DNA from: Candidatus Solibacter sp.
Lineage (GTDB): Bacteria; Chloroflexota; Dormibacteria; DASZGP01
Direction: 5' to 3'
Assembly (NCBI GenBank): GCA_035569605.1
Contig: DATMMS010000005.1
Span: 355,262-419,261 of the forward strand
Length of the DNA: 64,000 nt
The notes under the pieces were generated by a model that worked only from the letters and a program-made list of their open reading frames with translations, ran no database searches and had not been told where the DNA came from. The position numbers were made by a program, and so were the translations under genes. Position 1 is the first letter of the stretch, and every line of letters starts with the position of its first letter. This document shows positions 1 to 9,745 of this stretch, one piece after another.

Positions 1-605
1 TCACCAGCGGCAACCACATATGGGATCAGAAGGAGATCCTCAGTGCGTTGGACGACCTCCCGATCCTGCGCCCGCTGAACTACCCGCCGGGAACTCCAGG
101 CCGGGGCCACCTCGTCCACGATCTCGGCGAGCGCGGCCAGGTGGCGGTTGCCAACGTCCAGGGACTGGTCTTTATGCCGCCGATCGACTCGCCCTTTCGC
201 GCCATCGATTCCTTCCTCAGCGCGACCCAGGATGTCACTGTCCGGATGGTGGACATTCACGCCGAGGCCACCAGTGAGAAGCAGGCAATGGCCCAATATC
301 TCGACGGCAAGGTGAGCCTTTTGTGGGGCACCCACACGCACACGCCGACCGCGGACCAGCGCGTGATGCCCCAGGGTATGGCTTACGTCAGCGACCTCGG
401 GATGGTGGGCCCGCGGGATTCGGTCATAGGCATGGAGGCCGAAGGCTCGCTGAGACGCTTCCTGACCGGCATCCCGCAGCGCTTCAAAGTGGGCTCCGGC
501 ATGGTGACTTTCAATTCGGTTGTGGTTAGGATAAGCGTCACCACTGGCCGGGCTGAGTCTATCGAGAGGGTGGACCACACTGTCGATGTCTCATCCGCCG
601 ACTGA
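1..605 (+). CDS. ymdB: YmdB-family metallophosphoesterase (2',3'-cyclic-nucleotide 2'-phosphodiesterase-like), 5' end outside window
   Basis: Frame is open from base 3 (TSGNHIWDQKEILSALDDLPILRPLNYPPGTPG...), no start codon in window; GNHxWD block and downstream conserved segments resemble YmdB; located directly upstream of spoVS as in Bacillus rny-ymdB-spoVS. Confidence 0.75.
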   Translation, partial: TSGNHIWDQKEILSALDDLPILRPLNYPPGTPGRGHLVHDLGERGQVAVANVQGLVFMPPIDSPFRAIDSFLSATQDVTVRMVDIHAEATSEKQAMAQYLDGKVSLLWGTHTHTPTADQRVMPQGMAYVSDLGMVGPRDSVIGMEAEGSLRRFLTGIPQRFKVGSGMVTFNSVVVRISVTTGRAESIERVDHTVDVSSAD

Positions 606-608
606 ACG

Positions 609-878
609 ATGCAGACATTGGAAATCCTCAAAGTCTCAGCAACATCCAAACCCGTCGCGGTCGCAGGAGCAATCGCCGGTGTGGTGAGGACGCAATCGCG
701 CGTGGAGGTGCAGGCGATCGGCGCCGGCGCCATCAACCAGGCGGTGAAGGCGATCGCCATCTCGCGCGGCTACGTCGCGCCCGGCGGCATCGACCTGGTG
801 TGCATCCCCTCGTTCATCGACATCTCGATCGACGGCGAGGAGCGCACCGGCATCCGGCTCCTGATCGAAGCTCGCTAA
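609..878 (+). CDS. spoVS: SpoVS-family protein (stage V sporulation protein S homolog)
   Basis: 89 aa; MQTLEILKVSATSKP...VQAIGAGAINQAVKAIAISRGYVAPGGIDLVCIPSFIDISIDGEERTGIRLLIE matches SpoVS along its whole length. Confidence 0.9.
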   Translation: MQTLEILKVSATSKPVAVAGAIAGVVRTQSRVEVQAIGAGAINQAVKAIAISRGYVAPGGIDLVCIPSFIDISIDGEERTGIRLLIEAR

Positions 879-912
879 CCAGGGCATCCGGCTCCTGATC
901 GAAGCTCGATAA
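849..912. repeat. Near-perfect 30-bp tandem direct repeat spanning spoVS 3' end and stop codon
   Basis: GGCATCCGGCTCCTGATCGAAGCTCGCTAA (849-878) repeated as GGCATCCGGCTCCTGATCGAAGCTCGATAA (883-912), one mismatch, 4-bp spacer. Confidence 0.8.
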
Positions 913-949
913 GCCGAGGCATCGGGCGGCGCCGGATAAGCTTGCCCGG

Positions 950-3661
950 ATGGGTCAGGGTCTGGTTCGGGAGCCGGTGTCGACTACCGCCGATGGCGGC
1001 GACCCGGTGGCCCAATCGACCGAGGCGGAGGCTGGAACCGGCGTCTCATCGCCATCTGCGGCCAAGGCCCAGAGCCCGGTCCTGGAGCAGTACCTGGCCG
1101 CCAAGCGCGAGCATCCGGATGCGGTCCTGCTCTTCCGGCTGGGCGACTTTTTCGAGACCTTCCAGGAGGACGCCGAGGTGGCCCACCAGGTCCTCGGAAT
1201 CACGCTCACCTCGCGGGACTTCGGGCGCGCCGGTCGGCACCCGATGGCCGGGTTTCCTCAGCACGCCGCCGAGGGGTACATAGGCCGCCTGCTGGCAGGC
1301 GGGCACAAGGTAGCGGTCTGCGACCAGGTGGAGGAGGCATCGGCGGCCAAAGGCCTGGTGCGGCGCGAGGTGGTCAGGGTGCTGACGCCGGGGACCATCG
1401 TCGAAGGCGCGCTGCTCGACCCGGCCAGGGAGAATCCGTTGGTCTCGCTGACCTGGGACGACAACCAGATCGGCCTGGCGTTGTTGGAGGTGTCGACCGG
1501 GAGGGTCGAGCTGACCGAATTTCCGGTCAGCCGCCTGGCAGTCCTCGGCGAGGTGCTGGCACGGATCTCGCCATCGGAGTTGCTTGTCGCTGAGGACGCC
1601 GAGACCGCGGTCGCCGCCTTCCGCTCGGGCGCCGGCGAGGCCTGGAACCTGAGCCCGCTGGAGGGTTGGCGATTCGAGGCCACCCGGGGCCGGCAGCGAA
1701 CGCTCGAGGCCCTAGGCGTCGCCAGCCTGGCCGGGTTCGATTGCGACGACCTGGGCCCAGCCCTCGGCGCGCTCGGTGCCGCCTTCGACTACCTGGCTCG
1801 TAACCACCTGCAGCTGCCCAGGGACGTCATCCGCCTGCGCCGCACCAGGGTCGGGGCAACCATGCACCTGGACGCCGCCACCATCGCCAACCTGGAGCTG
1901 GTCGACAGTCTTGGGGGCGGAGGGCGCGGGCTGCTCGATCAACTCGACCGCACCCGATCGCCGATGGGTGCTCGCCGGCTCCGTCAGTGGCTGCTTTCGC
2001 CGCTGATCGATGTGGCCGCCATCGACGACAGGCTGGCGGCCGTCTCGGTGCTGGTGCAGGACGACGGCCTCCGCCAAAGCATCTCGGCGGCACTGAAGCG
2101 CGTGCGCGACCTGGAGCGGCTGACGACCCGCACAGCGCAAGGCCGGGCCGCGCCCCGGGATCTCGGGGCCATACGCGACTCGCTGCCGGCCCTGGCCGAT
2201 TTGTCTCAGACCCTCCTGGCCCAGAGTGGCGACGCGCTGGCGGGACCCCGGGAGGCGATCCGGCCGGAGCCGGATCTGGCGCGGCTGCTGACGTCGGCGC
2301 TCGAGGACTCTCTGCCACCGACGAGCGGTGAGGGCGGGATCATCCGCCCGGGTTACGACGCCCGGCTGGATGAGCTTCGGTCGTCGATCCGGGACGCCCA
2401 GGCGTGGATCGCGGCGCTGGAGCAGCGGGAGCGGGACGCCAGCGGCATCAAGGGCATCAAGGTGGGGTTCAACCGAGTCTTCGGCTACTACCTCGAGATC
2501 AGCAACGCCAACCGTCTGCCTGTGCCCGACAGCTACCAGCGAAAGCAGACCCTGGCCGGCGCCGAGCGCTATATCACGCCCGAGCTGAAAGAAAAAGAGA
2601 GCGTCGTGCTCAACGGCGAGCAGGCGATCTACGCCCGCGAGCGTGAGGTTTTCATCGAGCTCTGCGCCGTGGTGACGCGTTCGGCACCTGGGCTGCTCCG
2701 CTCGGCCGAGGCGATTGGCGACCTCGACGCCCTCCACAGCCTCGCGGCCGCCGCGATGGAGAACGGCTGGAGTCGCCCCGAGGTCTTCGACGGATATGAG
2801 ATCGAGATCCAGGGAGGCCGCCACCCGCTGGTCGAAGCGGCGCTCGGGCCCGGCAACTTCGTGGCCAACGACCTGAGCCTCGACGAGGACCGGAGGGTGA
2901 TGCTCTTGACCGGCCCCAACATGGCCGGGAAAAGCACTTACCTGAGGCAGTGCGGAATCCTGGTGGTCCTGGCCCAGGTGGGCAGTTTCGTGCCCGCAAC
3001 CAGGGCTCAGGTCGGTGTCGTCGATCGCGTGTTCACCCGCGTCGGCGCCCACGACGCCATCGCTAGCGGACTGTCGACCTTCATGGTGGAGATGGTGGAG
3101 ACCGCCAACATCCTGAATCACGCAACCAGCCGGAGCCTGCTCGTCATCGACGAGATCGGTCGTGGCACCAGCACCTACGACGGCATCAGCATCGCCCAGG
3201 CCGTGGTCGAGCACATCCACGACGCTCCCCGGCTCGGCTGCAAGACGCTCTTCGCCACTCATTTCCACGAGCTGACGGCGCTCGCGGAGCGGCTGCCGGC
3301 GCTCCGCAATCACCGCGTCGAGGTCAGCGAGGAAGGGGGCAGGGTCACCTTCCTGCACCGCATCGTTCCGGGCGGCGCCGACCGCAGCTATGGCATCCAC
3401 GTCGCCGAGATCGCCGGGCTTCCCGCCGTGGTGACGGCGAGGGCCAGAGAGCTGCTGACCGGGTTGGAGGCATCCAAGCCCCTGGCCGGCGCCACCGGCG
3501 CCAAGGACCAGCTCAGCCTGCCGATCGAGGTGACTCACCCCTTGGTCACCGAGCTTGCCGGGATCGAGATCGAGAGTCTGAGCCCGCTTGAGGCGCTGAA
3601 CCAGTTGGCACGCCTCAAGTCCCTTGGCCGGGATGCGGACGAGGCTTCCCGCCCATCGTGA
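950..3661 (+). CDS. mutS: DNA mismatch repair protein MutS
   Basis: 903 aa; N-terminal mismatch-binding block (LEQYLAAKREHPDAVLLFRLGDFFETF), Walker A TGPNMAGKSTYLRQ, ABC-type ATPase blocks (DEIGRGTSTYDG). Confidence 0.93.
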   Translation: MGQGLVREPVSTTADGGDPVAQSTEAEAGTGVSSPSAAKAQSPVLEQYLAAKREHPDAVLLFRLGDFFETFQEDAEVAHQVLGITLTSRDFGRAGRHPMAGFPQHAAEGYIGRLLAGGHKVAVCDQVEEASAAKGLVRREVVRVLTPGTIVEGALLDPARENPLVSLTWDDNQIGLALLEVSTGRVELTEFPVSRLAVLGEVLARISPSELLVAEDAETAVAAFRSGAGEAWNLSPLEGWRFEATRGRQRTLEALGVASLAGFDCDDLGPALGALGAAFDYLARNHLQLPRDVIRLRRTRVGATMHLDAATIANLELVDSLGGGGRGLLDQLDRTRSPMGARRLRQWLLSPLIDVAAIDDRLAAVSVLVQDDGLRQSISAALKRVRDLERLTTRTAQGRAAPRDLGAIRDSLPALADLSQTLLAQSGDALAGPREAIRPEPDLARLLTSALEDSLPPTSGEGGIIRPGYDARLDELRSSIRDAQAWIAALEQRERDASGIKGIKVGFNRVFGYYLEISNANRLPVPDSYQRKQTLAGAERYITPELKEKESVVLNGEQAIYAREREVFIELCAVVTRSAPGLLRSAEAIGDLDALHSLAAAAMENGWSRPEVFDGYEIEIQGGRHPLVEAALGPGNFVANDLSLDEDRRVMLLTGPNMAGKSTYLRQCGILVVLAQVGSFVPATRAQVGVVDRVFTRVGAHDAIASGLSTFMVEMVETANILNHATSRSLLVIDEIGRGTSTYDGISIAQAVVEHIHDAPRLGCKTLFATHFHELTALAERLPALRNHRVEVSEEGGRVTFLHRIVPGGADRSYGIHVAEIAGLPAVVTARARELLTGLEASKPLAGATGAKDQLSLPIEVTHPLVTELAGIEIESLSPLEALNQLARLKSLGRDADEASRPS

Positions 3662-3671
3662 TCGCCGCCAG

Positions 3672-5480
3672 TTGAGCATCCAGCGGCTCGACCAGACGGT
3701 CGCAGATGCGATCGCCGCCGGCGAGGTGGTGGAGCGTCCAGCGTCAGTGGTCAAGGAGCTGGTCGAGAACAGCCTCGACGCCGGATCGAAGCGCGTAACC
3801 GTAGAGATCGACGGCGCCGGGGTGGACCGGATCCTTGTCGTCGACGACGGCGCGGGGATCGGCGCCGACGAGCTGGCGCTGGCGCTCACCCGGCACGCGA
3901 CGTCGAAGCTGTCCAGCATCGCGGAGCTGTCGAGGATCGAGTCGCTGGGGTTTCGAGGCGAGGCGCTGGCCAGCATCGCCGCGGTCTCCCGGATCGAGCT
4001 CCGAAGTACGGCGGCGGGAGCCACCGATGGTGCCGCGATCAGAGCAGAGTACGGAGTGACCGGGGAGCCGACGACCGCGCCGCCCGTTCCCGGCACCCGG
4101 GTCGAGGTCAGCGGCCTGTTCGAGAACACGCCGGCCCGGCGGGCGTTCCTGAAGCGGCCGGCGACAGAGGCAGCAGCGGTGGCGAAGGTGCTGCAGGGAC
4201 TCGCGCTCTGCCATCCACACGTCGCTTTCAGTCTTCGCGTCGAGGGACGTCGCAGCCTGGACACCGCGGGCGACGGTGACAGGGAGCGGGTGCTTCGCTC
4301 GGTGCTGAAGGGAACGCCTGACGTGCTCGAGGTGCGTGGCGCCCGCGACGGCGTCTCGGTAAGCGGGATGATTGGTGAGCCGTCGGGAATGCGGCGGAGC
4401 CGGGAGCACCTTTACCTCTCCGTCAACGGTCGCCCCGTGGTCAGCCGGAACCTGGCCTTCGCGGTGGAGCAGGCCTACCGAGGGCTGGCGGGGCCCGGGC
4501 TCTTCCCGGTGGGCGTGCTGGCGCTGACGATGCCTCCGGAGTCCGTGGACGTGAACGTCCATCCAACCAAGCGCGAGGTACTTTTCCGCGCCGCACGCAC
4601 GGTTTTCGCGACGATCCAGGAGAGCTGCTTGCTGGCCCTGAGTCGCAGCGCCGCCTATGCCGGCGGCGGCTTGCTCTCCAGAGGGCCCGAGCTACGGGAG
4701 GACTCTGGCGGGTACGGGTCCGCGGTCGAGGCTCCTGGCGTCGCGATATCTTCCGGCACGCGCTCCGCGCTCGAGATGGTCGCAGTGGCAGCCGAGGTCG
4801 TGGCGGAATCGGATGTCGCCGCGCACCCGGCGCCGGCGTCAGGGCACCACGAGCCGCTGCTCCTGGAGCTGGCGCCGGCGGATCCTGCTACCCGGATCTT
4901 GCGAGGGCCATTCCGCCTTGTGGGCCAGGTCCTCGACAGCTACATCGTCGCCGAGGGACCCAACGGCCTGGTGCTCGTCGACCAGCACGCGGCACACGAG
5001 CGGGTTCTATTCAACCGCCTGGTAGCGGCCCGGGGCTCTGAAGGAACCACCCGTCAACCGATGCTGGTGCCCGCTTTGCTGCACCTGTCGCCGGTCCAGG
5101 CCGCCTGCCTGGAGGACTGCCGCCTCGACCTCGCCGCTGCCGGGCTCGACATCGAGGAATTCGGTGGCGGCGCTGCCCGGCTGGTCGGTCATGACCCGGC
5201 CCTCCCGTCGCGACAGCTCGACCGGATCGCGCTCGATGTCATCGACAGTCTCTTGACTGAGGGTCCCGAGGTGGACCAGGCACGACGGCTTGAGCGGGCC
5301 ACGTACACCGTCGCCTGTCACTCGGCGATCAAGTTCGGCCAGCATCTCAGCCGCGAGGAGATGGAGGCCCTGCTCAGGGCCCTGGAGGTCGCCGACCCCG
5401 GGATCACGTGCCCGCACGGAAGGCCCACCCTCCTGGAGATCACTGACAGCCAGCTCCGCCGCGAGTTCCGCCGCAGCTAG
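3672..5480 (+). CDS. mutL: DNA mismatch repair protein MutL
   Basis: GHKL ATPase N-terminus IAAGEVVERPASVVKELVENSLDAGS; start placed at in-frame TTG 3672 (about 11 aa before IAAGEVV, as in characterised MutL); upstream in-frame ATG at 3624 would overlap mutS; start uncertain. Confidence 0.88.
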   Translation: MSIQRLDQTVADAIAAGEVVERPASVVKELVENSLDAGSKRVTVEIDGAGVDRILVVDDGAGIGADELALALTRHATSKLSSIAELSRIESLGFRGEALASIAAVSRIELRSTAAGATDGAAIRAEYGVTGEPTTAPPVPGTRVEVSGLFENTPARRAFLKRPATEAAAVAKVLQGLALCHPHVAFSLRVEGRRSLDTAGDGDRERVLRSVLKGTPDVLEVRGARDGVSVSGMIGEPSGMRRSREHLYLSVNGRPVVSRNLAFAVEQAYRGLAGPGLFPVGVLALTMPPESVDVNVHPTKREVLFRAARTVFATIQESCLLALSRSAAYAGGGLLSRGPELREDSGGYGSAVEAPGVAISSGTRSALEMVAVAAEVVAESDVAAHPAPASGHHEPLLLELAPADPATRILRGPFRLVGQVLDSYIVAEGPNGLVLVDQHAAHERVLFNRLVAARGSEGTTRQPMLVPALLHLSPVQAACLEDCRLDLAAAGLDIEEFGGGAARLVGHDPALPSRQLDRIALDVIDSLLTEGPEVDQARRLERATYTVACHSAIKFGQHLSREEMEALLRALEVADPGITCPHGRPTLLEITDSQLRREFRRS

Positions 5481-5487
5481 CCGGCCC

Positions 5488-6402
5488 ATGGCGTCCGTCC
5501 CGGTGGCCATCGTCGGACCAACCGCGGTCGGCAAGACCAGGGTTGCGGTGGACCTCTGCCGCAGGATCGGCGGCGAGATCGTCTCGATCGACTCGAGGCA
5601 GGTGTATCGGGGACTCGAGATCTGCAGCAACGCCCCCAGCGCCAAGGACCTGCGCGGGGTTCGGTGCCACCTCGTGGGCGTCATAGAACCGGGCCAGAAG
5701 GTCGACGCCGCTGGGTACGTGGCCATGGCGCGCCCGGTCGTCGAGTCGCTGGCGGTGGAGTCAAAGACCGCGGTGCTGACAGCGGGAACCGGGCTCTACC
5801 TCAAGGCCCTGTTGGGGGGTCTGGACCTCGGCGGCCACCCGGCGGACGGGGTTCTGCGACGAAGCCTCGAGACCCGAGCGCGAAGCGACCTGGGGGCGCT
5901 GGTCGACGAGCTGGCCGAGATGGAGCCTGATACGGCTTCCCGTATCGATCGGGCAAACCCGGTACGCGTCGTCCGCGCCTTGGAGCTCGCGACCATCCGG
6001 CGCGGACAGGCTCTACCGACGACATTGGTCGGGCGCCCGATCGTCGCCGTCAAGATCGGCCTGACCGCACCGCGGGCGCTCCTCTACGAATGGATCGACG
6101 CGCGAGTCGATCACATGCTTACCTCCGGGTGGCTGGCGGAGGTCCGGAGCCTGGCTGACAGTGGGACCACGCTCAGCCGCGCCGCGTTGAGCAGCATCGG
6201 GGTTCGCGAGCTGGTCGAGGTCGCGGCTGGGAGGATGGCGCCGGACGTGGCCCGTGCCGCCATCGCGCAGCGGACGCGGAACTATGCCAAGCGCCAGCTG
6301 ACGTGGTTTCGCGCCGATCCCGAGGTGCGCTGGCTCGATATGACGCGGTTCAGCGGGTCGGATATCGTTGAGGCCATAGTCGAATTGATCGAGAAGAGAT
6401 GA
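5488..6402 (+). CDS. miaA: tRNA dimethylallyltransferase MiaA
   Basis: P-loop N-terminus VAIVGPTAVGKTRVAVDLCRRIGGEIVSIDSRQVYRGLEI; ATG at 5488 is 8 bp after mutL stop; the longer ORF from 5290 is an in-frame extension inside mutL. Confidence 0.9.
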   Translation: MASVPVAIVGPTAVGKTRVAVDLCRRIGGEIVSIDSRQVYRGLEICSNAPSAKDLRGVRCHLVGVIEPGQKVDAAGYVAMARPVVESLAVESKTAVLTAGTGLYLKALLGGLDLGGHPADGVLRRSLETRARSDLGALVDELAEMEPDTASRIDRANPVRVVRALELATIRRGQALPTTLVGRPIVAVKIGLTAPRALLYEWIDARVDHMLTSGWLAEVRSLADSGTTLSRAALSSIGVRELVEVAAGRMAPDVARAAIAQRTRNYAKRQLTWFRADPEVRWLDMTRFSGSDIVEAIVELIEKR

Positions 6403-7229
6403 ATTTTCACAAGATGCAGGGCGCGGCGAACGACTTCGTCGTAGTCGACGGCCGCGCCGAGAGGGCTGTCGACTGGGCGGCCCTGGCCATCAAGGCCTGT
6501 GACCGCCGGCGCGGCGTCGGCGCCGACGGCCTGCTGGCGCTCGAGGACAGCGACGACGCCGATTTCCGGATGCGCTACCACAACGCCGACGGCAGCATCG
6601 GAGAGATGTGCGGCAACGGCATCCGATGCATGGCCAAGTTCGCCCTCGACATCGGCGCCACTAAGGCCGGCAGCCTGGTTTGGGAGACCGGCGCGGGTCG
6701 GATCGCGACCGAGGTCCTGGAGTACAGCGGCGGGGTGGCCATGGTTCGCGCCGACATGGGACCGCCGCGGTTTGCGCCGTCTGAGATCCCCGTGGACGCT
6801 TCCGGGCCGGAGGTGCTGGAAACGCCATTTGCGGTCAACGGCTCGCAGCTGAGGCTCACCTGCGTCAGCATGGGCAATCCCCACGCGGTGACCTTCGTCG
6901 ACAGTGTCACCGAGTTCCCCCTTGAACGGCTCGGTCCCGAGGTGGAGCATCACCCGGCGTTCCCAAACCGCACCAACTTCGAGATCGTCGAGGTGATCGA
7001 CGCCGGCCATCTGAGGATGAGGGTGTGGGAGCGCGGGGTGGGAGAGACGATGGCATGCGGGACCGGGGCCTGCGCTGTTGCCGTCGCCAGCCAGATGGTC
7101 CGACAGACCGCCTCGGACGTGGACATCGAGGTGCCCGGGGGCCGGCTCCGGGTCTCCTGGCGGCCAGGCGAGAACGTTCTCCTCACCGGGCCCGCGGAGA
7201 CAAGCTTCACCGGCGAGCTTCCCTGGTGA
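6399..7229 (+). CDS. dapF: Diaminopimelate epimerase DapF
   Basis: MQGAANDFVVVDGR...MRYHNADGSIGEMCGNGIRC and C-terminal GETMACGTGACA motifs; ATGA overlap with miaA stop. Confidence 0.9.
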   Translation: MNFHKMQGAANDFVVVDGRAERAVDWAALAIKACDRRRGVGADGLLALEDSDDADFRMRYHNADGSIGEMCGNGIRCMAKFALDIGATKAGSLVWETGAGRIATEVLEYSGGVAMVRADMGPPRFAPSEIPVDASGPEVLETPFAVNGSQLRLTCVSMGNPHAVTFVDSVTEFPLERLGPEVEHHPAFPNRTNFEIVEVIDAGHLRMRVWERGVGETMACGTGACAVAVASQMVRQTASDVDIEVPGGRLRVSWRPGENVLLTGPAETSFTGELPW

Positions 7230-8401
7230 CGCAACTCCGCGACGGGCTCGCGGCCCGGCGGATGTCGCGCATCCCCCCTTACCTGTTCGCCGAGATCGAC
7301 AAGAAGGTCGCGGCCAAGCGCGCTGCCGGCGTGGACGTCATCGCCCTCGACATCGGCGATCCCGATACCCCGACGCCCGGGCATATCGTCGACGCTGCCC
7401 GCGACGCCCTGCCTCACGTCGAGAACCAGCGCTACGCCTCTTACTTCGGGATGCCGGCGCTGCGCCAGGCCGTCGCCGGCTGGTACAAGGGCCGCTTCGA
7501 CGTCGACGTCGATCCCGACAGCGAGATCCTGCCGACACTGGGATCGAAAGACGGCATCTCCCACCTGCCGTTCGCGCTGGTTGATCCTGGTGATGTGGTG
7601 CTGGTGCCGAGCCCCGGGTATCCGGTCTACTTCACTGGCACCGTGATGGCGGACGGTGAGCCGCACATTCTGCCTCTGCGGGCCGAAAACGGATGGCTCC
7701 CCGACCTCGAGGCGGTGCCCGCGGCGGTCGTCGAGCGCGCGCGGATCCTGTGGCTGAACTATCCCAACAACCCCACCGCCGCGACCGCCCCCAGGGATTT
7801 CTACGAGAAGGCGCTCACCTTCTGCCGCCGCAACGGCATCGTGCTCTGTCACGACTTCCCGTATTCGGAGGTCACCTTCCGCGGCTATCGGGCGCCCAGC
7901 GTCCTCGAGATCCCGGGCGCCAAGGAGGTCGCGATCGAGTTCCACTCGCTCTCCAAGACCTTCAACATGACCGGGTGGCGAATCGGGATGGCGGTGGGGA
8001 ACGAGGCGGTGCTCCGGCTGCTGGGCCAGGTCAAGACCAACATCGACTCGGGCATCTTTCCGGTGGTGCAGCGCGCCGGCATCGCCGCGCTGGAGGGCCC
8101 TGACAACGACGCCCTCAACGGCATCTACGAGGCCAGGCAGAGCCGAACGCTGGAAGTGCTGCGAGACCTGGGCTGGCGGGACGCGGTGGCTCCTGATGCC
8201 ACCTTTTATCTATGGCTGCCCGTCCCCGATGGCTACACCTCGGTTTCCTTCGCCTCCCACGTGCTCGACCAGGCGGGCGTCAACGTGACCCCCGGCAACG
8301 GTTTCGGGGAGTACGGCGAGGGCTACTTCCGTTTGTCGCTGACGGTGCCCGACCAACGGCTCGATGAGGCCCTCGAACGGCTGCGCAAACTGACCTTCTG
8401 A
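7226..8401 (+). CDS. dapL: Class I PLP aminotransferase, probably LL-diaminopimelate aminotransferase (DapL)
   Basis: RIPPYLFAEIDKK...IALDIGDPDTPTP N-terminal blocks; immediately follows dapF; start either GTG 7226 (GTGA overlap with dapF stop) or ATG 7262; the ORF-track start at 7025 is an extension inside dapF. Confidence 0.7.
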   Translation: MTQLRDGLAARRMSRIPPYLFAEIDKKVAAKRAAGVDVIALDIGDPDTPTPGHIVDAARDALPHVENQRYASYFGMPALRQAVAGWYKGRFDVDVDPDSEILPTLGSKDGISHLPFALVDPGDVVLVPSPGYPVYFTGTVMADGEPHILPLRAENGWLPDLEAVPAAVVERARILWLNYPNNPTAATAPRDFYEKALTFCRRNGIVLCHDFPYSEVTFRGYRAPSVLEIPGAKEVAIEFHSLSKTFNMTGWRIGMAVGNEAVLRLLGQVKTNIDSGIFPVVQRAGIAALEGPDNDALNGIYEARQSRTLEVLRDLGWRDAVAPDATFYLWLPVPDGYTSVSFASHVLDQAGVNVTPGNGFGEYGEGYFRLSLTVPDQRLDEALERLRKLTF

Positions 8402-8440
8402 CCCCGAGGGTAAGCCGGGAGATCCGGCCCAAGAGCTGAC

Positions 8441-9745
8441 ATGCCCGGCCTCGACGAGTTTGTATTCGCGCCCGACCAGGAGCCCGAGCGGGTCTATCTG
8501 ATGGGACTGGGCCTTCCCGGCGTGTCGGGCACCAAGCTCGAGGAGCAGATGGCAGAGCTGGCGGAGCTCGCGGTGACCGCCGGCGCCGAAGTGGTGGGCT
8601 CCGACGTTCAGCACCTTGAGCGAGCCAACCCGACCACGATCTTCGGCAAGGGCAAGGTCGACGAGCTCAAGAGTCTCAAAGGCGACCTCGACTTCACCAC
8701 CGTTATAACCAACGACGAGCTGGCGCCGCGGCAGCAGCGCAACCTCGAGGACGCGATGAATATGAAGGTCCTGGATCGCACCGAGCTGATCCTCGACATC
8801 TTCGCCCGCCACGCCCGATCCCACGAGGGTCGGCTCCAGGTCGAGGCGGCGCAACTGCGCCACCTGCTGCCGCGACTGGCGGGCGGCCGAAACCTCTCCA
8901 GGCTCGGCGGCGGCATCGGTACCCGCGGTCCCGGCGAGCAGAAGCTTGAGGTCGATCGCCGCCGGATCCGCCATCGCATCAGCCAGCTCAAGGCGGAGAT
9001 CGCCAAGCTGGAGAAATCCCGCGGCCTGCACCGCCAGGCGAGACGGCGCGCCGAGGTGCCGGTGGTGGCCGTTGTGGGGTACACCAACTCCGGGAAGAGC
9101 ACGCTGATGAACGCCCTCACCGGGGCCGGCGTGCTGGAGGCCGACCAGCTATTTGCCACCCTCGACCCGACCACGCGCGCGGTTGAGCTGCCGGACGGGC
9201 GTCGAGTGCTGCTGACCGACACCGTCGGGTTCATCCAGAAACTCCCCACCGACCTGGTCGCGGCTTTTCGCGCCACCCTCGAGGAGGTCACCGAGGCCGA
9301 CCTGATCCTGCACGTGCTGGACGCCAGCCACCCCGCGATGCGAGATCACTTCGACGCCACCAACGATGTGCTCGATGACCTCGAAGCGATGGACAAGCCG
9401 CTCGTCCTGGCCTTCAACAAGTGCGACCTGCTGGACGCGGGGACAGTTGCCATGATCCGGCGCCGGGGAGACTGGTCGCCCTATGAGGAGGTGGTGCCGA
9501 TCTCCGCTCGTACCGGCCTCGGGCTTCCCGGGCTGCTGGAGGCCATCGAGCGCCAGACGCGATTGAACCTGGTCGAGCTCGATCTGCTGGTGCCCTATGA
9601 CCACGCGGGCGTGGAGTCAGAGCTGCGCCAGCATGGACGCGTGCTGAAGCTGGACTACGTGGAGGACGGGATCCGGATCGCGGCGGAGGTGCCGGGCAAC
9701 CTGGCGCCGCGGTTCGCCGAATTCGCTAAAACCCCCGCGGGTTGA
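8441..9745 (+). CDS. hflX: GTPase HflX
   Basis: HflX N-domain (LQVEAAQLRHLLPRLAGG...GPGEQKLEVDRRRI) followed by G-domain GYTNSGKSTLMNALTG / DTVGF. Confidence 0.9.
   Translation: MPGLDEFVFAPDQEPERVYLMGLGLPGVSGTKLEEQMAELAELAVTAGAEVVGSDVQHLERANPTTIFGKGKVDELKSLKGDLDFTTVITNDELAPRQQRNLEDAMNMKVLDRTELILDIFARHARSHEGRLQVEAAQLRHLLPRLAGGRNLSRLGGGIGTRGPGEQKLEVDRRRIRHRISQLKAEIAKLEKSRGLHRQARRRAEVPVVAVVGYTNSGKSTLMNALTGAGVLEADQLFATLDPTTRAVELPDGRRVLLTDTVGFIQKLPTDLVAAFRATLEEVTEADLILHVLDASHPAMRDHFDATNDVLDDLEAMDKPLVLAFNKCDLLDAGTVAMIRRRGDWSPYEEVVPISARTGLGLPGLLEAIERQTRLNLVELDLLVPYDHAGVESELRQHGRVLKLDYVEDGIRIAAEVPGNLAPRFAEFAKTPAG

Noticed and set aside
1712-4264. 850-aa minus-strand ORF antisense to mutS/mutL
   Set aside because: Lies entirely opposite two strongly supported genes; Arg/Pro/Gly-rich composition typical of GC-rich shadow ORFs.
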